Below, one piece after another: positions 13,250 through 27,900 of a stretch of DNA of 64,000 bases. Made by a program: the position numbers and the translations under genes. Numbering within the stretch: the stretch's first letter is position 1; the number at the start of each line of letters is the position of its first letter. The stretch is from Eledone cirrhosa (taxonomy: Eukaryota), in the NCBI GenBank assembly GCA_964016885.1, contig OZ024740.1, positions 21,514,001-21,578,000 on the forward strand, read 5' to 3'. The notes beneath the pieces were generated by a model. That model had not been told where the DNA came from. It saw nothing but the letters and a program-made list of their open reading frames with translations, and did no database searches.

Positions 13250-16200
13250 AGCAGAGGACAGTAGAGGACAGTAGAGGACAGTAGAGTGAGGTAGACGACA
13301 GTAGAGGATAGTAGATGACAGTAGAGGGCAGTAGAGGACAGTAGAGGGAAATAGAGGACTGTGGAAAGAAGTAGATGACAGTAGAGGACAATAGAGGTCA
13401 GTAGAGGGAAGTGGAAGTCAGTAGAGGACAGTAGAGGGAAGTAGAGAGTAGTAGAGGACAGTAGAGGGAAGTAGAGGTAAGTAGAGGACAGTAGATGACA
13501 GTAGAGGGAAGTAGAAGACAGTAGAGGGAAGTAGAGGAGAGTGGAGGACAGTAGAGGGAAGTAGAGGACAGTAGAGGGAAGTAGAGGACAGTAGAGGGAA
13601 GTAGAGGACAGTAGAGGTAAGTAGAGGACAGTAGAGGACAGTATAGGGAAGTAGAAGACAGTAGAGGGAAGTAGAGGAGAGTGGAGGACAGTAGAGGGAA
13701 GTAGAGGACAGTAGAGGGAAGTAGAGGACAGTAGAGGTAAGTAGATGAGAGTAGAGGAAGTAGAGAACAGTAGAGGGAAGTAGAGGACAATAGAGGGAAG
13801 TAGAAGACAGTGGAGAGAAGTAGAGGACAGTAGAGGACAATAGAGGGAAGTAGAGAGAAGTAGAGGACAGTAGAGGACAGTAGAGGGAAGTAGAGAATAG
13901 TAGAGGACAGTAGAAAACAGTAGAGGGGAGTAGAGGAGAGTAGAGGAGAGTAGAGGCCAGTAGAGGACAGTAGAACACATTAGAGGACACTAGAGGACAG
14001 TAGAGGACAGTAGAGGACAGGAGAGCGAAGTAGAGGACAGTAGAGGGCACTAGAGGACAGTAGAGGACAGTAGAGGGCAGTAGAGGACAGTAGAGGACAG
14101 TAGAGGACAGTATAGGGAAGTAGAGGACAGTAGGGGCCAGTAGAGCGAAGTACAGGACAGTAGAGGGAAGTAGAGGAGAGGAGAGGACAGTAGTGGGAAT
14201 TAGAGGAGAGTAGAGGTAAGTAGAGGAGAGGAGACGACAGTAGAGGACAGTAGAGGAGAGTAGAGGGCAGTAGAGGGCAGTAGAGGACATTAGAGGGAAG
14301 TAGAGGACACTAGAGGGAAGTAGAGGACAGTAGAGGTAAGTAGAGGACAGTAGAGGACAGTAGAGGACAGTAGAGGGCAGTAGAGGAAACTAGAGGACAG
14401 TAGAGGACAGTAGAGGACAGTAGATTTAAGTAGAGGACAGTAGACGACATTAGAAGGAAGTAAATGGAAGTAGAGGACAGTAGAGGAGAGTAGAGGACAG
14501 TAGAGGGAAGTAGAGGACAGTAGAGGGAAGTAGATGAGAGTAGAGGACAGTAGAGGAGAGTAGAGGTCAGTAGAAGACAGTAGATGACAGTAGAGGGAAG
14601 TATAGGGAAGTAGAGTACAGTAGAGGGAAGTAGAGGACAGTGGAGAGAAGTAGAGGACAATAGAGGGAAGTAGAGGAGAGTAGAGCACAGTAGAGGACAG
14701 TATAGCACAGTAGAGGGCAGTAGAGGGCAGTAGAGGACAGTACAGGATGTAGAGGACAGTAGAGGGCAGTAGAGGACAGTAGAGGACAGTAAAGGAAAGT
14801 AGAGGACAGTAGAGGACAGTAGAGGTCAGTAGAGGACAGTAGAGGACAGTAGAGGTCAGTAGAGGACGGTAGAGGACAGTAGAGGACAGTAGAGGACAGT
14901 AGAGGGCAGTAGAGGACGGTAGAGGACAGTAGAAGACAGTAGAGGGCAGTAGAGGAAGGTAGAGGACAGTAGAGGACAGTAGAGGGCAGTAGAGAACTGT
15001 AGAGGACAGTATAGGACTGTAGAGGACAGTAGAGGACAGTAGAGGACAGTAGAGGGAAGTAGAGGACAGTAGAGGACAGTAGAGGACAGTAGAGGACAGT
15101 AAAGGGAAGTATAGGACAGTAGAGGGAAGTATAGGAGAATAGAGGACAGTAGAGGGAAGTAGAGGACAGTAGAGGGAAGTACAGGATAGTAGAGGTAAGT
15201 AGAGGACAGAAGAGTGAAGTAGAGGTCAGTGGAGAGAAGTAGAGGATAGTAGAGGACAATAGAGGTCAGTAAAGGGAAGTGGAGGGCAGTAGAGGACAGT
15301 AGAGTGAAGTAGAGTGTAGTAGAGGGAAGTAGAGGACAGTAGAGATAAGTAGAGGACAGTAGAGGGAAGTAGAGGACAGTAGAGGACGATAGAGGTCAGT
15401 AGAGGGCAGTAGAGGACAGTAGAGGACAGTAGAGGACAATAGAGGACAGTAGAGGGAATTAGAGGGAAGTAGAGGACAGTATAGGAATGTAAAGGCCAGT
15501 AGAGGACAGTAGAGGGAAGTGGAGGGCAGTAGAGGACAGTAGATGACAGTAGATGGCAGTAGAGGACAGTAGAGGGAAATAGAGGACAGTGGAAAGAAGT
15601 AGATGACAGTAGAGGACAATAGAGGTCAGTAGAGGGAAGTGGAAGGCAGTAGAGGACAGTAGAGGGAAGTAGAGAGTAGTAGAGGACAGTAGAGATAAGT
15701 AGAGGAGAGTATACGACAGTAGAGGGCAGTACAGGGAAGTAAAGGACAATAGAGGACAGTAGAGGGCAGTAGAGGAAACTAGAGGACAGTAGAGGAGGAC
15801 AGTAGAGGAGAGTAGAGGGGAGTAGAGGAAGTATAGGACAGTAGAGGATAGTAGAGGACAGTAGAGGGAAGTAGAGGACAGTAGAAGACAGTAGAGGACA
15901 GTAGAGAGAAGTAGAGGACAGTGGAGAGAAGTAGAGGACAATAGGGGACAATAGAGGTCAGTAGAGGGAAGTGGGGGGGGGGCAGTAGAGGACAGTAGAG
16001 GTAAGTAGAGAGTAGTAGAGGACAGTAGAGGACAGTAGAGGGAAGTAGAGGACAGTAGAGGACAGTAGAGGACTGTAGAGAACAGTAGAGGGAAGTAGAG
16101 GACAGTAGAGGGAAGTAGAGGGACATAGAGAAAAGTAGAGGACAGTAGAACACATTAGAGGAGACTAGAGGACAGTAGAGGACAGTAGAGGACGGTAGAG

Positions 16201-19200
16201 GACAGTAGAGGGAAGTAGAGAACAGTAGAGGGCAGTAGAGGACAGTAGAGGACAGTAGAGGGCAGTAGATGACAGTAGAGGACAGTAGAGGACAGTAGAG
16301 GGAAGTATAGGACAGTAGAGGACAGTAGAGGGAAGTACAGGACAGTAGAGGAGAGTAGAGGACAGTAGTGGGAATTAGAGGAGAGTAGAGGTAAGTAGAG
16401 GAGAGGACAGTAGAGGAGAGTAGAGGTATGTAGAGGAGAGTAGAGGACAGTAGAGGGAAGTAGATGAGAATAGAGGTAAGTAGAGGAGAGTAGAGGGCAG
16501 TAGAGGGCAGTAGAGTACATTAGAGGGAAGTAGAGGACAGTAGAGGTAAGTAGAGGACAGTAGAGGAGAGTAGAGGGAAGTAGAGGACAGTAGAGGACAG
16601 TAGACGGCAGGAGAGGACAGTAGAGGACAGTAGAGGACAGTAGTGGTAAGTAGAGGACAGTAGAGGACATTAGAAGGAAGTAGAGGGAAGTAGAAGACAG
16701 TAGAGGACAGTAGAGTACAGTAGAGGGAAGTAGAGGACAGTAGAGGGAAGTAGATGAGAGTAGAGGTAAGTAGAGGAGAGTAGAGGACAGTAGAAGACAA
16801 TAGAGGACAGTAGAGGGAAGTAGAGGACAGTAGAGGGAAGTAGAGGACAGTGGAGAGAAGTAGAGGACAGTAGATAACGGTAGAGGACAGTAGAGGACTG
16901 TAGAGGTAAGTAGAGGACAGTAGAGGACAGTAGAGGGAAGTAGAGACAGTAGAGGACAGTATAGGGCAGTAGAGTTCAGTAGAGGACAGTAGAGGTAAGT
17001 AGAGGGCAGTAGAGGACAGTAGAGGTCAGTAGAGGACAGTAGAGGACAGTAGAGGGAATTATAGGGAAGTAGAGGACAGTATAGGAAAGTAAAGGACAGT
17101 AGAGGACAGTAGAGGGAAATGGAGGGCATTAGAGGGCAGTAAAGGACAGTAGAGGACAGTAGAGGAGAGTAAAGGGAAGTAGTGAAAGGTAGAGGAAAGT
17201 AGAGGACAGTAGAACACATTAGAGGACACTAGAGGACAGTAGAGGACAGCAGAGGACAGTAGAGGACAGTAGAGTGAGGTAGACGACAGTAGAGGATAGT
17301 AGATGACAGTAGAGGGCAGTAGAGGACAGTAGAGGGAAATAGAGGACTGTGGAAAGAAGTAGATGACAGTAGAGGACAATAGAGGTCAGTAGAGGGAAGT
17401 GGAAGTCAGTAGAGGACAGTAGAGGGAAGTAGAGAGTAGTAGAGGACAGTAGAGGGAAGTAGAGGTAAGTAGAGGACAGTAGATGACAGTAGAGGGAAGT
17501 AGAAGACAGTAGAGGGAAGTAGAGGAGAGTGGAGGACAGTAGAGGGAAGTAGAGGACAGTAGAGGGAAGTAGAGGACAGTAGAGGGAAGTAGAGGACAGT
17601 AGAGGTAAGTAGAGGACAGTAGAGGACAGTATAGGGAAGTAGAAGACAGTAGAGGGAAGTAGAGGAGAGTGGAGGACAGTAGAGGGAAGTAGAGGACAGT
17701 AGAGGGAAGTAGAGGACAGTAGAGGTAAGTAGATGAGAGTAGAGGAAGTAGAGAACAGTAGAGGGAAGTAGAGGACAATAGAGGGAAGTAGAAGACAGTG
17801 GAGAGAAGTAGAGGACAGTAGAGGACAATAGAGGGAAGTAGAGAGAAGTAGAGGACAGTAGAGGACAGTAGAGGGAAGTAGAGAATAGTAGAGGACAGTA
17901 GAAAACAGTAGAGGGGAGTAGAGGAGAGTAGAGGAGAGTAGAGGCCAGTAGAGGACAGTAGAACACATTAGAGGACACTAGAGGACAGTAGAGGACAGTA
18001 GAGGACAGGAGAGCGAAGTAGAGGACAGTAGAGGGCACTAGAGGACAGTAGAGGACAGTAGAGGGCAGTAGAGGACAGTAGAGGACAGTAGAGGACAGTA
18101 TAGGGAAGTAGAGGACAGTAGGGGCCAGTAGAGCGAAGTACAGGACAGTAGAGGGAAGTAGAGGAGAGGAGAGGACAGTAGTGGGAATTAGAGGAGAGTA
18201 GAGGTAAGTAGAGGAGAGGAGACGACAGTAGAGGACAGTAGAGGAGAGTAGAGGGCAGTAGAGGGCAGTAGAGGACATTAGAGGGAAGTAGAGGACACTA
18301 GAGGGAAGTAGAGGACAGTAGAGGTAAGTAGAGGACAGTAGAGGACAGTAGAGGACAGTAGAGGGCAGTAGAGGAAACTAGAGGACAGTAGAGGACAGTA
18401 GAGGACAGTAGATTTAAGTAGAGGACAGTAGACGACATTAGAAGGAAGTAAATGGAAGTAGAGGACAGTAGAGGAGAGTAGAGGACAGTAGAGGGAAGTA
18501 GAGGACAGTAGAGGGAAGTAGATGAGAGTAGAGGACAGTAGAGGAGAGTAGAGGTCAGTAGAAGACAGTAGATGACAGTAGAGGGAAGTATAGGGAAGTA
18601 GAGTACAGTAGAGGGAAGTAGAGGACAGTGGAGAGAAGTAGAGGACAATAGAGGGAAGTAGAGGAGAGTAGAGCACAGTAGAGGACAGTATAGCACAGTA
18701 GAGGGCAGTAGAGGGCAGTAGAGGACAGTACAGGATGTAGAGGACAGTAGAGGGCAGTAGAGGACAGTAGAGGACAGTAAAGGAAAGTAGAGGACAGTAG
18801 AGGACAGTAGAGGTCAGTAGAGGACAGTAGAGGACAGTAGAGGTCAGTAGAGGACGGTAGAGGACAGTAGAGGACAGTAGAGGACAGTAGAGGGCAGTAG
18901 AGGACGGTAGAGGACAGTAGAAGACAGTAGAGGGCAGTAGAGGAAGGTAGAGGACAGTAGAGGACAGTAGAGGGCAGTAGAGAACTGTAGAGGACAGTAT
19001 AGGACTGTAGAGGACAGTAGAGGACAGTAGAGGACAGTAGAGGGAAGTAGAGGACAGTAGAGGACAGTAGAGGACAGTAGAGGACAGTAAAGGGAAGTAT
19101 AGGACAGTAGAGGGAAGTATAGGAGAATAGAGGACAGTAGAGGGAAGTAGAGGACAGTAGAGGGAAGTACAGGATAGTAGAGGTAAGTAGAGGACAGAAG

Positions 19201-21950
19201 AGTGAAGTAGAGGTCAGTGGAGAGAAGTAGAGGATAGTAGAGGACAATAGAGGTCAGTAAAGGGAAGTGGAGGGCAGTAGAGGACAGTAGAGTGAAGTAG
19301 AGTGTAGTAGAGGGAAGTAGAGGACAGTAGAGATAAGTAGAGGACAGTAGAGGGAAGTAGAGGACAGTAGAGGACGATAGAGGTCAGTAGAGGGCAGTAG
19401 AGGACAGTAGAGGACAGTAGAGGACAATAGAGGACAGTAGAGGGAATTAGAGGGAAGTAGAGGACAGTATAGGAATGTAAAGGCCAGTAGAGGACAGTAG
19501 AGGGAAGTGGAGGGCAGTAGAGGACAGTAGATGACAGTAGATGGCAGTAGAGGACAGTAGAGGGAAATAGAGGACAGTGGAAAGAAGTAGATGACAGTAG
19601 AGGACAATAGAGGTCAGTAGAGGGAAGTGGAAGGCAGTAGAGGACAGTAGAGGGAAGTAGAGAGTAGTAGAGGACAGTAGAGATAAGTAGAGGAGAGTAT
19701 ACGACAGTAGAGGGCAGTACAGGGAAGTAAAGGACAATAGAGGACAGTAGAGGGCAGTAGAGGAAACTAGAGGACAGTAGAGGAGGACAGTAGAGGAGAG
19801 TAGAGGGGAGTAGAGGAAGTATAGGACAGTAGAGGATAGTAGAGGACAGTAGAGGGAAGTAGAGGACAGTAGAAGACAGTAGAGGACAGTAGAGAGAAGT
19901 AGAGGACAGTGGAGAGAAGTAGAGGACAATAGGGGACAATAGAGGTCAGTAGAGGGAAGTGGGGGGGGGGCAGTAGAGGACAGTAGAGGTAAGTAGAGAG
20001 TAGTAGAGGACAGTAGAGGACAGTAGAGGGAAGTAGAGGACAGTAGAGGACAGTAGAGGACTGTAGAGAACAGTAGAGGGAAGTAGAGGACAGTAGAGGG
20101 AAGTAGAGGGACATAGAGAAAAGTAGAGGACAGTAGAACACATTAGAGGAGACTAGAGGACAGTAGAGGACAGTAGAGGACGGTAGAGGACAGTAGAGGG
20201 AAGTAGAGAACAGTAGAGGGCAGTAGAGGACAGTAGAGGACAGTAGAGGGCAGTAGATGACAGTAGAGGACAGTAGAGGACAGTAGAGGGAAGTATAGGA
20301 CAGTAGAGGACAGTAGAGGGAAGTACAGGACAGTAGAGGAGAGTAGAGGACAGTAGTGGGAATTAGAGGAGAGTAGAGGTAAGTAGAGGAGAGGACAGTA
20401 GAGGAGAGTAGAGGTATGTAGAGGAGAGTAGAGGACAGTAGAGGGAAGTAGATGAGAATAGAGGTAAGTAGAGGAGAGTAGAGGGCAGTAGAGGGCAGTA
20501 GAGTACATTAGAGGGAAGTAGAGGACAGTAGAGGTAAGTAGAGGACAGTAGAGGAGAGTAGAGGGAAGTAGAGGACAGTAGAGGACAGTAGACGGCAGGA
20601 GAGGACAGTAGAGGACAGTAGAGGACAGTAGTGGTAAGTAGAGGACAGTAGAGGACATTAGAAGGAAGTAGAGGGAAGTAGAGGACAGTAGAGGACAGTA
20701 GAGTACAGTAGAGGGAAGTAGAGGACAGTAGAGGGAAGTAGATGAGAGTAGAGGTAAGTAGAGGAGAGTAGAGGACAGTAGAAGACAATAGAGGACAGTA
20801 GAGGGAAGTAGAGGACAGTAGAGGGAAGTAGAGGACAGTGGAGAGAAGTAGAGGACAGTAGATAACGGTAGAGGACAGTAGAGGACTGTAGAGGTAAGTA
20901 GAGGACAGTAGAGGACAGTAGAGGGAAGTAGAGACAGTAGAGGACAGTATAGGGCAGTAGAGTTCAGTAGAGGACAGTAGAGGTAAGTAGAGGGCAGTAG
21001 AGGACAGTAGAGGTCAGTAGAGGACAGTAGAGGACAGTAGAGGGAATTATAGGGAAGTAGAGGACAGTATAGGAAAGTAAAGGACAGTAGAGGACAGTAG
21101 AGGGAAATGGAGGGCATTAGAGGGCAGTAAAGGACAGTAGAGGACAGTAGAGGAGAGTAAAGGGAAGTAGTGAAAGGTAGAGGAAAGTAGAGGACAGTAG
21201 AACACATTAGAGGACACTAGAGGACAGTAGAGGACAGCAGAGGACAGTAGAGGACAGTAGAGTGAGGTAGACGACAGTAGAGGATAGTAGATGACAGTAG
21301 AGGGCAGTAGAGGACAGTAGAGGGAAATAGAGGACTGTGGAAAGAAGTAGATGACAGTAGAGGACAATAGAGGTCAGTAGAGGGAAGTGGAAGTCAGTAG
21401 AGGACAGTAGAGGGAAGTAGAGAGTAGTAGAGGACAGTAGAGGGAAGTAGAGGTAAGTAGAGGACAGTAGATGACAGTAGAGGGAAGTAGAAGACAGTAG
21501 AGGGAAGTAGAGGAGAGTGGAGGACAGTAGAGGGAAGTAGAGGACAGTAGAGGGAAGTAGAGGACAGTAGAGGGAAGTAGAGGACAGTAGAGGTAAGTAG
21601 AGGACAGTAGAGGACAGTATAGGGAAGTAGAAGACAGTAGAGGGAAGTAGAGGAGAGTGGAGGACAGTAGAGGGAAGTAGAGGACAGTAGAGGGAAGTAG
21701 AGGACAGTAGAGGTAAGTAGATGAGAGTAGAGGAAGTAGAGAACAGTAGAGGGAAGTAGAGGACAATAGAGGGAAGTAGAAGACAGTGGAGAGAAGTAGA
21801 GGACAGTAGAGGACAATAGAGGGAAGTAGAGAGAAGTAGAGGACAGTAGAGGACAGTAGAGGGAAGTAGAGAATAGTAGAGGACAGTAGAAAACAGTAGA
21901 GGGGAGTAGAGGAGAGTAGAGGAGAGTAGAGGCCAGTAGAGGACAGTAGA
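13250..21950 (+). repeat. ~3,988-bp higher-order repeat, about 2.2 tandem copies (related copies at ~4570-9344 and ~42498-51060)
   Basis: Identical ORFs at offset 3988 (13398/17386, 14290/18278, 15226/19214, 16155/20143). The markers GATTTAAG, GGACGATAG and the G10 run recur once per unit. Confidence 0.92.
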
Positions 21951-24900
21951 GGGACGTAGAGGAGAGTAGAGGGAAGTAGAGGAAAGTAGCATGAAGTAGA
22001 GGGCAGTAGAGGACAGTATAACGCATTAGAGAACACTAGAGGACAGTAGAGGACAATAGAGGACAGTAGAGGGAATTAGAGAACAGTAGAGGACAGTAGA
22101 GGTCAGTAGAGGACAGTAGAGGACAGTATATCACATTAGAGTACAGTAGAGGACAGTAGAGGGAAGTAGAGAACAGTAGAGGACAGTAGAGGGCAGTAGA
22201 GGACAGTAAAGGGAGATAGAGGACAGTAGAGGACAGTAGAGGACAATACAGGTAAGTAGAGGACAGTAGATGACAGTAGAGGACAGTAGAGGGAAGTAGA
22301 GGACAGTAGAGGACAGTAGAGATCGGTAGAGGACAGTAGAGGACAGTAGAGGACAGTAGAGGACAGTAGACGGAAATATAGGACAGTAGAGGGAAGTAGA
22401 GGACAGTGGAGAGAAGTAGAGGACAACAGAGGTCAGTAGAGGGAAGTGGAGGGCAGTAGAGGACAGTAGAGGTAAGTAGAGAGTAGTAGAGGACAGTAGA
22501 GGACAATAGAGGGAAGTAGAGGACAGTAGAGGGCTGTAGAGAACAGTAGAGGGAAGTAGAGGACAGTAGAGGGAAGTAGAGGACAGTAGAGGTAAGTAGA
22601 GGACAGTAGAGGACAGTATAGGGAAGTAGAAGACAGTAGAGGGAAGTAGAGGAGAGTGGAGGACAGTAGAGGGAAGTAGAGGACAGTAGAGGGAAGTAGA
22701 GGACAGTAGAGGTAAGTAGATGAGAGTAGAGGAAGTAGAGAACAGTAGAGGGAAGTAGAGGACAATAGAGGGAAGTAGAAGACAGTGGAGAGAAGTAGAG
22801 GACAGTAGAGGACAATAGAGGGAAGTAGAGAGAAGTAGAGGACAGTAGAGGACAGTAGAGGGAAGTAGAGAATAGTAGAGGACAGTAGAAAACAGTAGAG
22901 GGGAGTAGAGGAGAGTAGAGGAGAGTAGAGGCCAGTAGAGGACAGTAGAGGGACGTAGAGGAGAGTAGAGGGAAGTAGAGGAAAGTAGCATGAAGTAGAG
23001 GGCAGTAGAGGACAGTATAACGCATTAGAGAACACTAGAGGACAGTAGAGGACAATAGAGGACAGTAGAGGGAATTAGAGAACAGTAGAGGACAGTAGAG
23101 GTCAGTAGAGGACAGTAGAAGACAGTATAACACATTAGAGTACAGTAGAGGACAGTATAGGGAAGTAGAGAACAGTAGAGGACAGTAGAGGGCAGTAGAG
23201 GGCAGTAGAGGACAGTAGAGGGAGATAGAGGACAGTAGAGGACAGTAGAGGACAATACAGGTAAGTAGAGGACAGTAGATGACAGTAGAGGACAGTAGAG
23301 GGAAGTAGAGGACAGTAGAGGACAGTAGAGATCGGTAGAGGACAGTAGAGGACAGTAGACGGAAATATAGGACAGTAGAGGGAAGTAGAGGACAGTGGAG
23401 AGAAGTAGAGGACAACAGAGGTCAGTAGAGGGAAGTGGAGGGCAGTAGAGGACAGTAGAGGTAAGTAGAGAGTAGTAGAGGACAATAGAGGACAATAGAG
23501 GGAAGTAGAGGACAGTAGAGGACTGTAGAGAACAGTAGAGGGAAGTAGAGGACAGTAGAGGCATGTAGACGACAGTAGAGGGTAGTAGAGGGAAGTAGAG
23601 GACAGTAGAAGTATGTAGAGGACAGTATAGGGTAGTAGATGACAGTAGAAGACAGTAGAGGGCAGTAGAGGACAGTAAAGGGAAGTAAAGGGAAGTAGAG
23701 AAAAGTAGAGGAAAGTAGAGGACAGTAGAACACATTAGAGGACACTAGAGGACAGTAGAGGACAGTAGAGGACAGGAGAGGGAAGTAGAGGACAGTAGAG
23801 GGCACTAGAGGACAGTAGAGGACAGTAGAGGGCAGTAGAGGACAGTAGAGGACAGTAGAGGACAGTATAGGGAAGTAGAGGACAGTAGAGGCCAGTAGAG
23901 GGAAGTACAGGACAGTAGAGGGAAGTAGAGGAGAGTAGAGATAAGTAGAGGAGAGGAGAGGACAGTAGTGGGAATTAGAGGAGAGTAGAGGTAAGTAGAG
24001 GAGAGGAGACGACAGTAGAGGACAGTAGAGGAGAGTAGAGGGCAGTAGAGGGCAGTAGAGGACATTAGAGGGAAGTAGAGGACACTAGAGGGAAGTAGAG
24101 GACAGTAGAGGTAAGTAGAGGACAGTAGAGGACAGTAGAGGACAGTAGAGGGCAGTAGAGGAAACTAGAGGACAGTAGAGGACAGTAGAGGACAGTAGAG
24201 GTAAGTAGAGGACAGTAGACGACATTAGAAGGAAGTAAATGGAAGTAGAGGACAGTAGAGGAGAGTAGAGGACAGTAGAGGGAAGTAGAGGACAGTAGAG
24301 GGAAGTAGATGAGAGTAGAGGACAGTAGAGGAGAGTAGAGGTCAGTAGAAGACAGTAGATGACAGTAGAGGGAAGTATAGGACAGTGGAGAGAAGTAGAG
24401 GACAATAGAGGGAAGTAGAGGAGAGTAGAGCACAGTAGAGGACAGTATAGCACAGTAGAGGGCAGTAGAGGGCAGTAGAGGACAGTACAGGATGTAGAGG
24501 ACAGTAGAGGGCAGTAGAGGACAGTAGAGGACAGTAAAGGAAAGTAGAGGGAAGTAGAGGAGAGTAGACGGAAGTAGAGGACAGTAGAGGACAGTAGAGG
24601 AAAGTAGAGGGAAGTAGAGGACAGTAGAGAACAGTATAACACATTAGAGGACACTAGAGAACAGTAGAGGACAGTAGAGGACAGTAGAGGACAGTAGAGG
24701 ACAGTAGAGGACAGTAGAGGGCAGTAGAGGACGGTAGAGGACAGTAGAGGGCAGTAGAGGGCAGTAGAGGAAGGTAGAGGACAGTAGAGGACAGTAGAGG
24801 GCAGTAGAGAACTGTAGAGGACAGTATAGGACTGTAGAGGACAGTAGAGGACAGTAGAGGACAGTAGAGGGAAGTAGAGGACAGTAGAGGACAGTAGAGG

Positions 24901-27900
24901 ACAGTAGAGGACAGTAAAGGGAAGTATAGGACAGTAGAGGGAAGTATAGGAGAATAGAGGACAGTAGAGGGAAGTAGAGGACAGTAGAGGGAAGTACAGG
25001 ATAGTAGAGGTAAGTAGAGGACAGAAGAGTGAAGTAGAGGTCAGTGGAGAGAAGTAGAGGATAGTAGAGGACAATAGAGGTCAGTAAAGGGAAGTGGAGG
25101 GCAGTAGAGGACAGTAGAGTGAAGTAGAGTGTAGTAGAGGGAAGTAGAGGACAGTAGAGATAAGTAGAGGACAGTAGAGGGAAGTAGAGGACAGTAGAGG
25201 ACGGTAGAGGTCAGTAGAGGGCAGTAGAGGACAGTAGAGGACAGTAGAGGACAGTAGAGGACAGTAGAGGGAATTAGAGGGAAGTAGAGGACAGTATAGG
25301 AATGTAAAGGCCAGTAGAGGACAGTAGAGGGAAGTGGAGGGCAGTAGAGGACAGTAGATGACAGTAGATGGCAGTAGAGGACAGTAGAGGGAAATAGAGG
25401 ACAGTGGAAAGAAGTAGATGACAGTAGAGGACAATAGAGGTCAGTAGAGGGAAGTGGAAGGCAGTAGAGGACAGTAGAGGGAAGTAGAGAGTAGTAGAGG
25501 ACAGTAGAGATAAGTAGAGGAGAGTATACGACAGTAGAGGGCAGTACAGGGAAGTAAAGGACAATAGAGGACAGTAGAGGGCAGTAGAGGAAACTAGAGG
25601 ACAGTAGAGGACAGTAGAGGAGAGTAGAGGGGAGTAGAGGAAGTATAGGACAGTAGAGGATAGTAGAGGACAGTAGAGGGAAGTAGAGGACAGTAGAAGA
25701 CAGTAGAGGACAGTAGAGAGAAGTAGAGGACAGTGGAGAGAAGTAGAGGACAATAGGGGACAATAGAGGTCAGTAGAGGGAAGTGGGGGGCAGTAGAGGA
25801 CAGTAGAGGTAAGTAGAGAGTAGTAGAGGACAGTAGAGGACAGTAGAGGGAAGTAGAGGACAGTAGAGGACAGTAGAGGACTGTAGAGAACAGTAGAGGG
25901 AAGTAGAGGACAGTAGAGGGAAGTAGAGGGACATAGAGAAAAGTAGAGGACAGTAGAACACATTAGAGGAGACTAGAGGACAGTAGAGGACAGTAGAGGA
26001 CGGTAGAGGACAGTAGAGGGAAGTAGAGAACAGTAGAGGGCAGTAGAGGACAGTAGAGGACAGTAGAGGGCAGTAGATGACAGTAGAGGACAGTAGAGGA
26101 CAGTAGAGGGAAGTATAGGACAGTAGAGGACAGTAGAGGGAAGTACAGGACAGTAGAGGAGAGTAGAGGACAGTAGTGGGAATTAGAGGAGAGTAGAGGT
26201 AAGTAGAGGAGAGGACAGTAGAGGAGAGTAGAGGTATGTAGAGGAGAGTAGAGGACAGTAGAGGGAAGTAGATGAGAATATAGGTAAGTAGAGGAGAGTA
26301 GAGGGCAGTAGAGGGCAGTAGAGTACATTAGAGGGAAGTAGAGGACAGTAGAGGTAAGTAGAGGACAGTAGAGGAGAGTAGAGGGAAGTAGAGGACAGTA
26401 GAGGACAGTAGACGGCAGGAGAGGACAGTAGAGGACAGTAGAGGACAGTAGTGGTAAGTAGAGGACAGTAGAGGACATTAGAAGGAAGTAGAGGGAAGTA
26501 GAGGACAGTAGAGGACAGTAGAGGACAGTAGAGGGAAGTAGAGGACAGTAGAGGGAAGTAGATGAGAGTAGAGGTAAGTAGAGGAGAGTAGAGGACAGTA
26601 GAAGACAATAGAGGACAGTAGAGGGAAGTAGAGGACAGTAGAGGGAAGTAGAGGACAGTGGAGAGAAGTAGAGGACAGTAGATAACGGTAGAGGACAGTA
26701 GAGGACTGTAGAGGTAAGTAGAGGACAGTAGAGGACAGTAGAGGGAAGTAGAGACAGTAGAGGACAGTATAGGGCAGTAGAGTTCAGTAGAGGACAGTAG
26801 AGGTAAGTAGAGGGCAGTAGAGGACAGTAGAGGTCAGTAGAGGACAGTAGAGGACAGTAGAGGGAATTATAGGGAAGTAGAGGATAGTATAGGAAAGTAA
26901 AGGACAGTAGAGGACAGTAGAGGGAAATGGAGGGCATTAGAGGGCAGTAAAGGACAGTAGAGGACAGTAGAGGAGAGTAAAGGGAAGTAGTGAAAGGTAG
27001 AGGAAAGTAGAGGACAGTAGAACACATTAGAGGACACTAGAGGACAGTAGAGGACAGCAGAGGACAGTAGAGGACAGTAGAGTGAGGTAGACGACAGTAG
27101 AGGATAGTAGATGACAGTAGAGGGCAGTAGAGGACAGTAGAGGGAAATAGAGGACTGTGGAAAGAAGTAGATGACAGTAGAGGACAATAGAGGTCAGTAG
27201 AGGGAAGTGGAAGTCAGTAGAGGACAGTAGAGGGAAGTAGAGAGTAGTAGAGGACAGTAGAGGGAAGTAGAGGTAAGTAGAGGACAGTAGATGACAGTAG
27301 AGGGAAGTAGAAGACAGTAGAGGGAAGTAGAGGAGAGTGGAGGACAGTAGAGGGAAGTAGAGGACAGTAGAGGGAAGTAGAGGACAGTAGAGGGAAGTAG
27401 AGGACAGTAGAGGTAAGTAGAGGACAGTAGAGGACAGTATAGGGAAGTAGAAGACAGTAGAGGGAAGTAGAGGAGAGTGGAGGACAGTAGAGGGAAGTAG
27501 AGGACAGTAGAGGGAAGTAGAGGACAGTAGAGGTAAGTAGATGAGAGTAGAGGAAGTAGAGAACAGTAGAGGGAAGTAGAGGACAATAGAGGGAAGTAGA
27601 AGACAGTGGAGAGAAGTAGAGGACAGTAGAGGACAATAGAGGGAAGTAGAGAGAAGTAGAGGACAGTAGAGGACAGTAGAGGGAAGTAGAGAATAGTAGA
27701 GGACAGTAGAAAACAGTAGAGGGGAGTAGAGGAGAGTAGAGGAGAGTAGAGGCCAGTAGAGGACAGTAGAGGGACGTAGAGGAGAGTAGAGGGAAGTAGA
27801 GGAAAGTAGCATGAAGTAGAGGGCAGTAGAGGACAGTATAACGCATTAGAGAACACTAGAGGACAGTAGAGGACAATAGAGGACAGTAGAGGGAATTAGA

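Larger units (their letters stand above)
669..18038 (+). repeat. Tandem duplication of an ~8.68 kb higher-order unit (copy 1 ~669-9344, copy 2 ~9345-18038)
   Basis: Identical ORFs at offset 8676 (795/9471, 1027/9703, 3036/11712, 6590/15266). Private markers AACACTTAAG (1111/9787) and TATGGGACTG (~3746/12422) occur only in these two copies. Similarity stops upstream of 669/9345. Confidence 0.93.
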